Shown here one piece after another: positions 50,189 to 61,800 of a stretch of 64,000 nt of DNA. The stretch is taken from contig OY253671.1 of NCBI GenBank assembly GCA_958009085.1, positions 1,116,001 to 1,180,000 on the forward strand, given 5' to 3'. The translations under genes were made by a program, and so were the position numbers. Each line of letters begins with the position of its first letter. The stretch's first letter is position 1. The notes below the pieces were generated by a model. The model did not search any database and was not told the origin of the DNA. It saw only the letters and a program-made list of their open reading frames with translations. The DNA comes from Protoeuglena noctilucae. Taxonomy: Eukaryota.

Positions 50189-53100
50189 ATGGCCGTGCGC
50201 GCAGTCCCCTACCACGCTATCAAGGGTCTTCTCGCGAATGAGGGCCGCTTCGCGTGCGGCAAATGCGGGGGTATGCAGCGGGTCGGAAGCGAAGGTTTGC
50301 AGCCCTTCGAGACGGAGGTGAGCGCCGCCTCTCGCGCTGGCCTCTTTGTTCGATGTGTGCGTAATGCGTTTCTAGACAACACACGAACGCGCTGCTATCG
50401 AAGACGCCCAGCTCGCGCGGCCACGCACGCAGGTGGACGCTCTGAGGAAGCAGCTGTTCACCGTGCTGGAGTACTGGTACGCGCGCTACGGCGTCGAGTT
50501 CAACAGCTTCCTAAACGAGGGCAACACGAACCTTTTGAAGAACCTCGGTTGGGACACGGACAGTGAGGGCCTGCATGGGATGCGACTCGTGACCAGCCCT
50601 GTTCGATTTGTCAAGACCCGCTGGCCCCTCCCGCGCTCCCAGGCCTTCTGGTGGGCGACATCCCCAACACTCCGGAGAACCGCGAGCGCATTCGGCTGCG
50701 GACGGTGCTCCATTCGCGGAGGTGAGGCACGCGTCTGCAGTGATGGGGCGTGCGAGGGTCGCGCATGTAGTTTTGCTTAGTCTCTCCCCAGCGCACGTGA
50801 CGTGACCCTGCTTGCCCGTCGCCTGCAGCGGAGGGCCGCACGGCCGCATCGGCGCGCCCGCTGCTGCAGCTGCATCCCAGGCGGGGGGCGCGGGCCCCGC
50901 TGGAGCCCCAGCCCCGGCGCCCGGCGGTGACCCCGGCGCTGCCGCCCCCGAGATCCCCGCCCCCCCGGACATGGGACAGTTCGAGGGGGACGAGGTGGAG
51001 GAGGTCGGGGAGGGCGAGCTCTACACGACCTACGGTGAGCGGAGGTTGCCTAACCGTCTCTGCAGGACTGGGTGGGATCCGCACCCCGCGCATATATTCG
51101 TGTGGCGATCTGCGACGCCGCCCGCGCGCTCCCCGAGCTGCAGTGCCCCAGAAGGTGACGGTCGGCAAGCCGCACCCGGACGCGGTGGTGGAGTCATCGT
51201 CCCTGGCCTCGGTTGTCCCGCCCGACGCCACAAAGCAGCACGAGCTGCTCATCAAGAAGTGCGTCGTCACGGGGAGCCTCAGCGCCCTGCAGCTCGAGAG
51301 CATCATCTACTCCCTCCAGCGCCACGAGCTGTTCCTCCCCGCCATCCAAGTCCACGTGAGTTCCGTCAGTGCCACCTGCAGCGCCAGGGCCGACCCCACG
51401 CTCACCTGCCCTGCTCAGGGCCTGTGGAGGCCGCGCTTGTGTGTTCTGAGGGCAGCATGGGGTCGCTGCTATCCTGCAAGTGACAACTTAGGGTCAGGCG
51501 TGGGACCTTGGGACACCCGGCCCCCACGCGCAGGACATCACTGCGCCTCCCGTGCTTGGGGAGCATCGGGCGGGTTTCTTCATTGGGGACGGCGCCGGGG
51601 TCGGCAAGGGCCGCACGATCGCGGGGATCATCTACGAAAACTACAAGCGCGGCCGCAAGAAGCACGTGTGGGTGTCGGTGTCAACGGACCTGGTGGTGGA
51701 CGCAGGTGTGACGCGGGGGCAGGCGTGGGGGTGTTGGGGCAAACGTGCGTGGGTCCCACGTGGCTTTCCTTGTTATCGATTCACACTCTGACTGGCGCCC
51801 TGCCCTCCCACCCGCAGAGCGCGACCTGAGGGACGTGGGTGCGACCCCGCTCATCCACCACCACCGCCTGATCCCCTTGCACAAGCAGCCCTACGGAGCC
51901 ATCCAGCCCTCCGAGGGCGTCCTCTTCTTAACCTACAGCTCCCTCACCTCGGGCAACGCCCGCCGGGAGACTCGGCTGCAGCAGATCGTGACGTGGTGCG
52001 GGGGTCCGTTATTTGAGGGCACCCTGGTGTTTGACGAGTGCCACAAGGCCAAGAACCTGTACCCGGAGAAGAGCGCCAAGCCCACCAAGGTCGGCCTGAA
52101 CGTCCTGATGCTCCAGAGGGCCCTGCCCCGGGCCCGCGTGGTCTACTGTTCTGCCACGGGCGCCACCGCCCCCCGCAACATGGGCTACATGGAGCGGCTG
52201 GGCCTGTGGGGCCCCGGGACGTCCATCCCCACCTTCGAGGACTTCCTGGGCACGCGGCAGGAGAAGGAGAGGGAGCAGCGCGACCCCAACGACCCCCGGC
52301 GCATGTATGGGCAGACGCCCGAGCGCGTGCCGTCGGTGGCGGGCAAGGGCGTTGGGGCCCTGGAGCTACTGGCCATGGACATGAAGGCCCGGGGCATGTA
52401 CCTGTGCCGCACGCTGGCCTACCAGGGCGCCGAGTTCTCCACGGTGGAAGTGCCGGTGGCCGGGCAGTATATGGAGATGTACAGCCGGGCGGCCGACCTC
52501 TGGGCCGACATCATCGACGTCTTCGAGAACGGCATTCGGGCAATCACCGACTTCGAGGTGCGGAACGCGATCGACGACGGCAACGGTGGTAACGGTGGTA
52601 ACGGCAACGGTGGCAACGGCAGCGCTGGTCCCAGCAGCGGTGGGGGCCGCGGTGGGGCACGGCGGGGGCGTGGCCGGGGTCGCGGGCGCGGGGCGCGCAA
52701 TCGCGACGAGAACCCGAACGGCATGGGCGAGGACGGCTTGGGAATGGACCCAGAGTTTGACGATGAGGAGGAGGCGGTGGAGGTGGCGGAGGGGCGGCCG
52801 GCGACTACCAGCAGCGGGCAGGCCTGGCGCATGATCTGGGCGACGCACCAGCGGTTCTTCCGCGCGCTGTGCATGTCTGCCAAGGTGCCGCGCTTACTGG
52901 AGCTGGCGCGGGAGGCGCTGGGGGCGGGGCACGCAGTGGTCGTTGGGCTGCAGTCGACGGGGGAGGCGAGGACCAACGACGTGGTTGCCAAGAAGGGAGA
53001 CGAGCTGGGCGATTTCGTGTCGGATGAGAGCGGGGCGGGTGGCGGCTGCTTCTCTGACGCTGCGATGTGCCTGCTGAGCTGCGACGCGCATGTCATGTCT

Positions 53101-56100
53101 CTCGCAAGCTGCGGGCACTGCTCTCTGTCTTGCCACGGCTCGCTGGGGACGCGAGAGCGCCCGCGCTGTCCTCCACGCACCCCTCGTGCGTCTTACTTTC
53201 ACCGAGCGCTTCTGTCTGCAGGGCCCCGGGAGCTCTTGCTGAACCTGATCGACAAGTACTTCCCCGTCTTCCCGAGCCCCTACGAGGAGGTCGCGGAGGA
53301 TGACGAGGAGGTCGAGCAGGAGGGCGCCCCTGCCGGCGACCGTGCGGGGCGTGCGGCCCGGGCCCGGGTGGGGCAGGCGGTGCGCGTGGAGGCGGAGACC
53401 GGCAGCGACTCCGAGGGGGGTGCCGGCGGGCGCGGCGCGGGGACCCAGGGCTCCGACTTCGAGCCAGAGGACGAGAGCGAGAGCGACATGACGGGTGGCG
53501 GTGCGTGGGGCTGGGCGGAGCGCCTTGGACCCTCGTGGCGCCTGTGCTGTGCCCCATGTTAACCACCCCACGCGGCGTTGGGGTCGATGCTTGATGCGTT
53601 GCAATCGTGCATTGCCCCGCCGTGTTGTATCGCAGGCTGGGTGCAGCTGCGCCAGCCGCGCCCTCGGGAGGTCAAGGCGAAGTTCGCCCGCCTGCCGCCC
53701 CACATCCTGGAGGAGATGGAGCGGCGTCATGACGAGTGGCTGGAGACCAAGAGGTTCTTCTTGCAGCGCGTCCAGGACCTGCAGCTGCCCTTCAACCCCC
53801 TGGACGAGATCATCGACGGCCTGGGCGGGCCCAACGCGGTCGCGGAGATGACGGGGCGCAAGGTGGGCTGCAAGCTCGTGCTTGGATTACGAACTGCTTG
53901 TGCGTGTCGGCATTACTAAAGCAGTGTTATTGTGTTATTACAGTGTCTCACGTCTCTGCTCCTTGCCTTTCCAGGGCCGTCTGATCAGGCAAGAGAACGG
54001 GGGAGTGCGCTTTGAGGCAAGGAACGCGTCTGGGCTGTCGGCAGTGACGTCGATGGACGCCATCAACATCAAGGAGCGGGACATGTTCCAGAAGGGCGAG
54101 GTGAGCGGCAGTTGGGGTGACAAGCGGGACGTGGTGAGCGGGGTTGGGGTGACGCTAGCGGGACAAGGTGAGCGGTGACTGGGCTGGCGCTTACAGAGCA
54201 GCAGTGGATGTGCTGCGTTTGGCAGTGAGGATTGGAGTTTTTGTGGACCGTGGCAGGCCTGTGACCCGGTTGGGGCTGTGGTCGTGTCACGGACGGACAC
54301 GGAGCCGCCCCTTCTCTTTCGCCTCACGCAGAAGCTGGTGGCCATCATTTCCGAGGCGGCGTCGGCGGGGATCTCGCTGCACGCCCACCGCAAGGCGGGC
54401 AACACGAGGCGGCGCGTGCACATCACCCTCGAGCTGCCCTGGTCGGCCGACAAGGCCGTGCAGCAGTTCGGGCGCTCGCACCGCGCCAACCAGGTGCAGG
54501 CGCCCGTGTACAAGCTCCTCTGCTCCAACATCGGCGGCGAGACGCGGTTCGTGGCGGCGGTGGCGGCGCGGCTGGAGTCCCTGGGGGCGCTCACGCAGGG
54601 CGACCGCAAGGCGGGTCCCATCCTGTCAGAGATCAACGTGCAGAACAAGTACGGCCGGCAGGCGCTGAGCAACCTCGTGAGCATCCTGCTGGGGGAGATC
54701 CCGGCCCGGGTGCTGCCCCGCGAGTGCATGCCCGAGAACGGAGGCATGTCGATGGCGGAGTGGGCCAACGAGGCCCGGTGGAGCCTCTGCTCCGTCAGGT
54801 GAGCCTCGCGCGGCGGATGAGATTGACTGCGCTGTTGGGCTTGGGTCTGGAAGGATGACACAGCGGTGGCTTGGTACACGCTGGGCTGTTGTTGCTCTTA
54901 ACCCAACGCCTGGCCTCGCAGCATGCTCACTGCGGCCACTGTCGCTCCCACAATGCCACCCCTGACCTGCTGCTACTGTTCTCCAGGCGCTTTAAGTACT
55001 CTGCTCCTCATGACACAGCACCTTCCCTGTCCCCCCAGGCACTTCAAGTACTCTGCCCCGCACGGCATGGAGGACCGCCAGCACTTGCGCCGGGAGATGG
55101 CGCCCCTCTCCTCCCGCGGCAACCCCATGATCGAGGACAAGTCACGCGTGTCGATCAGCAAAACCCTGAAGTCGCACGTCCCGCGCTTCCTCAACCGCCT
55201 CCTGGGGCTCAGGCCCGACGTCCAGGCGAGCAATGGGGTGCTGTGGGGTTGCATGTGGTTGCATGTGGTTACCTGCTCACAGCTGCCCGATTGCATCGGT
55301 AGATTCGCCCAGCGCCCTCCCTCCGCATCTCCCTTCGCCGCCCCAGCAACGTTCGAGCTGCCAATGAACACCCCCATCGCTCCCCGCTCCCTCAGGCCAC
55401 CCTGTTCGACTACTTCATCGCCTTGCTGGACTACGAGATCTCCAAGGCCAAGAAGGAAGGCACCTACGACGAGGGCATCATGGCACTGCTGGGGACCGAC
55501 GTGTTTCTGACAGCTGAGCCCCGCGTGGCCTACCGAGACGCGTCGTCGGGCGCCACCGCGCTGCTCTATCGCGTGATGGTCGACCGGGGGACGCCGTTCG
55601 AACTGGCGTGCCGCATCCGGTGAGCCATCGGTGATGATGATGATGGCACGGCGCATCGCTGGGACCTCGCAAGCTTGTTGACCTTGTGCATGGAGCTCTT
55701 GCATTCACCTCGACCTCCTGCAATGCACCCGGCGCGTCTGTGTAATTCTGTTGGCTGCGAACCCCGCACCATCTCTGTCGGCGCTGAGCCAAGTGCCCTA
55801 CCGAGCACCCTGCGCTCACCTTCCCCCGTCCCCCTCGCCTGTCGCAGAGACCAGGCCGTGGAGCGGGAGATGAGGGACCGGGAGGTGGACGAGGAGGAGG
55901 ACGACGAGGACCCCAACCGACCCCCAATGACGAGCTTCTATCGCACCAAGAAGAAGATCGTCGGGGGCCAGCACCTGGTCCTGCTGGGGTGCTTCCGCCG
56001 CAACTCCGCCACCCACGGCCTCTACGACGGTTTCTTCATCACACGCCCCGTCACGGGCACGCAGCCCAAGGCCTCGCGCGCCGCGGACATCCTGGAAATG

Positions 56101-58460
56101 TACGAGCCAGTCACGGACGCGGTCGCCAAGCGTATCTGGGACCACGCCTACACGGAGGCGGGGATGCCGCCGGCGGAGTGGGACGCCCTGCAGGCGCAGC
56201 TGCGGTGAGTGGGGTGGGGACGTGGGCAAAGCTGCGGTGCGTGGGGCGCCGTGTTGGGTGCAGCTGCGCTGAGTGGGGTGGGAGCGTGGGCAATGCTGCG
56301 GTGAATTTGGATGTCCTTGCAAGCAAAGCTGTGGTACATGAGCGTGACTGAGAGGGTTTCGTGTTTGCAGGGCCAGCGAGGGCGTGGGGGCTGAGCGGGA
56401 TGAGCCACAAGAGACGAAGGACGCGACTCCTGGGCAGGCGAAACGCAAGGCGAATGCGGACGGGCCAGAGGGCAGGGGCGCGAAGCGGGCCAAGGGCGCG
56501 GGGCCCAGCGGCGGTGCGGGGCCCAGCGGGGCGGCTGGCAATGCCGGCGGATACGTGTCGATCAGCGACGATGACGAGGAGATGAGCGAAGAGGAAGCGG
56601 AGATGAAGGCGAGGGAGGGCGGGGCACGCGCAAACACGTGATAGCATGTTGATAGCACGCCTGGCGACACGCTGGTAGCACCCGTGACCCTAACACCACG
56701 CGTTGCGTGTTGTAGGTGTGCCGCTCACTCGCTGCTTTTCTCCTGCAGAGAGTGGCTGCGCGGGCCACGACCGGCGACCTCATGCCCATCCCAGTCACGA
56801 AGTACACCCGCAATCGCATGCGCGAGTACTACCTCCTCGGCGGCGTCGTCATCCCCATCTGGGACCTGATCAACAACTGCCTCAAGCTGGGAGACACGCT
56901 GGTGGGGGGCGGGGCCCGCGGCTGATGATGTGTGGCATGGCTGAGCCGGGCGTCCGGGCTTGTCAGCACTTGCTGCCGATGCGTTGATTTATAATACCTT
57001 TGCTGAACACGTATCACCCCATTTGCGATGCAAGTAGAACAGCTCTCGTCGCGCCCCGCAGGCCTCGCGCCAGCTCCGGGTGGTGCGCGCCATCACGACC
57101 AAGGGCAAGCAGCAGAAGCTGATCGGCATCCAGATCCCCGAGAAGGGGTTAGAGCAGCTCCTGGAGGCCGGGCGCCGGCGGGCGGCAGAGCACGCGCAGG
57201 AGCTGTGAGTGCCGGGGCTGCCTAGCGCCCGCCACAGGGCGCCCGCACGCGCGAGGCTGAGCGAGCGGTCACAGGTTCGATCCCTCGCTACATCGCAGGG
57301 CGGTGCGTCGCGTGGCGGACATGCCCTCCGCGGAGGACCTGGAGGAGGCAGAGGCAGACGCCGTGGCTGCCCAGCAGGTGGAGGCAGAGGATGCGGCGAG
57401 GGTGGCGAGGGCGGCGGAGAGGGCGAGGGCTGCGGCAGATCTGGCAGACGACGACTCAGACGACTCAGACGACTCGGACAGCACCCAGGCTGGCGCGGGG
57501 CCGGCGGTGGTGGCGTCGCCGGACGGGGGCAAGCAGCGGACGCTCAACGGCTGGCTGCGGCGCGCCGGCAAGGCGGTCAAGAAGCCCTCGGAGGGCACGC
57601 CGGGGCCGCAGCCGGGCAGCGGGGCGGGAGGGTCCGGGGCGTCGGGCCAGCAGCCGAAGCGCAACGCCAAGAAATCAGGCGAGTGCAGGGAGTGCTGTTG
57701 GCATGCACTTGGTGTAGGTGCATCAGCAACTCATGCCATGCGCTGCGACCCAGTGCCCTCCCCAGCCGACCCCTGCCCGAGAGGTGTGTTGATGGTTGTC
57801 TGCGCTCGGCGTGCAGTCGGCAAGTCTCGGAAGGCGATTCTATCCGACGAGGACGATCTGTCGGAGGGAGACGAAACGTCAGAGGAGATCGAGGACGAGG
57901 TGATCGTGGAGAGCTCGAGCGAAGAAGAGGAGGTGGAGGAGCAGGAGAGCGACGGCGACGGCGACAGCGCGGGCAGCGGATCTGAGCCCGAGGAGGCGCC
58001 CAAGGCGACGAGCAGGGCATCGAGGGGGGCGGCGCGGGGGAGGGGGGCGCGCGGCCGCGGTGGGCGGGGCGGCGAGGACAGCGGGGGGAGGAGCGCGGGG
58101 CGCGGGCGGCGGGGCCGGGCCGCGGAGTCGGTACCGGAGGGCGTGCTCGCGCCCAGGGCGAACGGGCGCCCTCGGTCCGCGGCTCCGACGGGTGCCAAGC
58201 CGCCTCCGTGGGCCAGCAATGACGAGAGGAGCGAGAAGAGCGAGGCCGGCACGCGCGGCACGTCGCGGACGGAGTCGAGCCGCGCGAGCAGCGCCCGCGC
58301 GCAGCGTTCGGAGGCTGCTACGGTCGCCCCCAGCAAGCGGGTGTCGCGCCGCGCTGCGTCGGCGTCGGCGTCGGTGGAGGAGAAGAGCTTCACCCGGGCA
58401 TCCAAGGGGCGCCAGGCCCAGCCCAGCGCAACCATCATCTCCGTCAGCGACAGCGACTGA
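50189..58460 (+). CDS. Strawberry notch family SF2 helicase-like protein (SBNO/FGT1-like); extra 5' exons possible from about 49490
   Basis: [125 protein letters not shown] and [13 protein letters not shown]. Confidence 0.96.
52579..52700 (+). repeat. Coding low-complexity Gly/Asn repeat followed by an RG/RGG-rich tract
   Basis: (GGTAAC/GGCAAC)-type iterations encode GNGGNGGNGNGGNG, followed by [18 protein letters not shown], inside the SBNO exon. Confidence 0.8.
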
Positions 58461-58879
58461 TGGGGACTACTGCATGGCTCATTGCTTGGTTTCTGCATGA
58501 TGTAGCGCAACGAATCGCATGCCACATATGAGCAGCGCTTTGAACGAGCACGTCGAGCAGTGGAAATTTGCTCTGGCGATTGGATGAGAGTGGCGGATGG
58601 TCGTTTGGAAGGATGGCTTTTCTCGGTGGCTTTGGCACTTGGTCAATGCCCTGGTGCCCCTTACAGTGGCTTCTGGATCAGGCCGGTCGCTGACGACGAC
58701 AGTTCCACACCGCAATGCCCGCTTTATGACTGCCACGCGTCGATCTCCATCGCTCTCCGGCGAGCACGCACGGTTTCCAAATCCACCATCGGCCTCATTC
58801 GGCCTGGCGGGACGGCTGAGCTGCAGCGTCGTGCCCCCTCCCGTCTTTGCACCGTAAACTAGAATAAGAAGGCGATACC

Positions 58880-61800
58880 ATGGGCGCCGGGGCAAGCAAG
58901 GCGAGAACGAGCCGCCGCTGGCCCATCCCATGCAAGCAGGGAGATGGACGCCGCGTTGCGAATGGAAGGCGCCATCGGTTGCGCTGGCCACATGTCGAGA
59001 TAAACTTGCTTGCATGTGACACACAAACAAACTTGCTTTCCTCGCAGGATGGCGGGTGCGTGAGCCGTCTGCATGTGAAGGCGTCGGTGGCTGATTTCCT
59101 CGCACGAGGCGCCCTGCATTGGCATTGCATGAACGCCCTGCATTGGCATGCGGCGCTGGTCTCCTCGCACGCGCGTCTCCGCCCCGGTCACCGAGTCCGG
59201 GTTATCCTCTCCCTCGCAACGCTCGACGCAGGGACGACAAGGTCGGGAAGGCGGAGAAAAAGATTCGCGAGAGCAACAAGTCCATGACCAAAGACGAAAT
59301 CTACGTCCAGGCACGCCTTTGCGCGGGCCGCATCGATCGCCAGGTAAGGGGGGGCGCGGGAGGAGCGTCAGCTGGATGGATGTGCTGTAGAGTGGGGCCG
59401 AGGCAGGAGCCTCACCTGGATGGCCAGCACTGCTGCAGGTGCGCTTCGACGTGACCGAGCTCGCCAGGCGCGACACGGTCCTCCTCTACGTGCCCTCCGT
59501 CAAGGACACCAAGGGAGGCACCTCAGGGTCCCTGTCGCTCACCGCTCTGCGCGTAATCTTCGCCGACACCAAGGGCAAGTCGAGCCTGCACATCGGCTGG
59601 GGCTGCGTGATGAGCCTCGAGCTCCAGGGCAAGGTCCTGAGCATGCTGGCCCAGGAAAAGGACAACAAGTCTCGATTCGAGTTCAAGTTCGAGTTGCCCA
59701 TGGCCAGCGACGTGGAGCGGGCCAAGGATGCGGTGCTGCTTTACCAGTGCTACAAGCGCACGGACCACTACCGGTAAGTGAGCCCACTAGGTTGCCGCAA
59801 CGCTGCCCTAGTGGCCAGGGCTGCAATGCACGTTCCCGACCTGCCTGCCGCGAGCAAGGATGGCTGCACTTGTCGCAGGACCCTGCGCCTTCGGCAGAAG
59901 GACGTCTTCCAGGGCGGCCAGCCCCGGCTGCTGCTGGGAGAGGGACATGTGGAAGAGTTCCGCTCTCCGGTCTACAACTTGGCGGGCAAAGGATCCACGC
60001 CCTCACCCGGCAAGATGTTCTTGACGGACGTCCGCGTGTTATGGCGCGCCGATCAGAACCACGAGTTCAACATATCGATTCCGATCACCAAGGCGAGTGG
60101 GGACTCGCCGAGCGAGCGCAAGAGAGTCACATTATGTGAGCCGACATGCGTGCCGGACAGGCTACCCTCCGCTGCTTCTCCCCAGATCGAGGGCGTGTCG
60201 ACGCGCACGACGGACTCGTCGGGCCTGGCGCTGGTGGTCAACACGGGCGCGGACGCGAGTAACCTCGTGCTTGGCTTCACGGCGGGGCGCAACGGCGGCG
60301 AAGAGCACCTGACCCGGGAGCTCTTTGCCTCGGTGCGCCAAAGGTGGAGGGCTAACGTCACACAGCCCCGCTTCGGCACCGAGGCGTATTTCGAGTGCGC
60401 CAAGGCGATCGGCGGCACGCTCCCCCAGTCGGACGAGGCGTTTCTGGCGGCCCTGGTGGCGGCGAGGAACGGCGTGGGGCTGCAGCTGCAGGCGAGCCTG
60501 GCCGCCCCAGGCGCAGGGACGTCCGGCGGCGCGTCGGGGAGCCAGGCGGCAGGGACCGCAGGCGAGGGCTCGGCAGAGGTCACCGCGACTGTGACGGCGG
60601 CAAAGGACATGGCGGCAGCTGCGGCCGAGGCGACAAAGGGGGAGGGGTCTGGCGCGGCGGCGGTGGCGGAGGCGGCAGCGGCGGCCAAGGACAACGCCAC
60701 GACGGTGTTTGCAGGCGAGTGGCGGGGCAGCGCGCGTGCATCGAGTGCGCAGGCGACAGAATGCACGGTCCCTTGGCCAAGAGTGTTCCTGCCCGCCGTC
60801 TGCTGCTGGACGGGTGGCTTTGTTGCAGGCGGAGAGACCGGGTGTGCTTGGGTGTCCTGCCCCCGCAGCAGCGACGGGGGACCCGCTGCTGACTGCGGCG
60901 CTGGGGACGATGCAGGGCCTCATCCAGGCGGGGTGCCTGGACCGCATCGTGAGCAGCGTGGGCAAGTGCCAGGAGCTGATGCAGGTGGCGGCGTGCATCG
61001 GCAAGGTCAAGGCGACCCTGGCCAACGTCCCCATCGTCGGCATGCTCGGCCCCGTGTGGGAGATCGCGGGTGGCATATTGGACGCCTGCGGCAAGTGCAT
61101 CGCGAACGCCCAGAACTGCTACAAGCTGGCCCGCCTGGTCCTGGTGGTCAGCACGTCGCTGTCTAAGGTGGCGCCCAAGAGACTCCAGGACTCGAAGCTG
61201 GCCGTGGAGGACCTCAAGGAGGCACTGCAGGCGGCGCTGGATCAAGTGCAGGCGAGGAAGGGGACCTGTGGGGGCTTGGCTAGCTACTAGCGGGCTTGCT
61301 ACTAGTGGGCCCTGGGGCGTGCACGTCTTGTGACCACGTCGTGCAAGTGCTTATGGGCTGTGCAATGGCGGGCACTCGACCCTTGCTGCGCCGCAGAGCT
61401 ACCAGGGCAAGGGCATGTTCACCAAGTACGTGTTTGCGAGCCAGCACAAGGACGCGTTCGAGGCTTGCGACGCGGACCTCCGGGCCAAGGCGAGCGGGGG
61501 GCAGTGGGTCGCATCACGTCTAGCATCGTGCCGTGCCTGTTTCGCGTTGGTCCATCGGCGCTGGCGTCACGTCAACGCGGTCCCGACCTAGCCCTGCGCG
61601 CAGTGGCAGGGCTTGGCGAATGACATCGTGCTGCAGGGCGCGCCGAGCGACGCCAGGTACGAGGAGGACGCGAGGCTGAGGGAGGCGATGGTGAAGGCGG
61701 CAGGCACGGACCAGGCGGGCAAGGCCTGGGAGGTGCTGAAGGACGACCCCGCGGCGCAGGACAGGCTGCTCGAGGCGCTGGGCGTCAGCCACCAGGCGAG

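Noticed and set aside
57447..57480. GACGACTCA x3 repeat
   Set aside because: Encodes an Asp/Ser low-complexity stretch in the SBNO tail.
59110..59150. Short tandem duplication (CGCCCTGCATTGGCAT x2) in an intron
   Set aside because: Only two copies, consistent with local slippage; similar small duplications occur near 23655 and 61280.
59439..59777. Stand-alone BBS5 gene ending at the ORF-track stop
   Set aside because: The stop lies within a GTAAGT intron donor, and downstream exons continue in phase into the helical and kinase domains.
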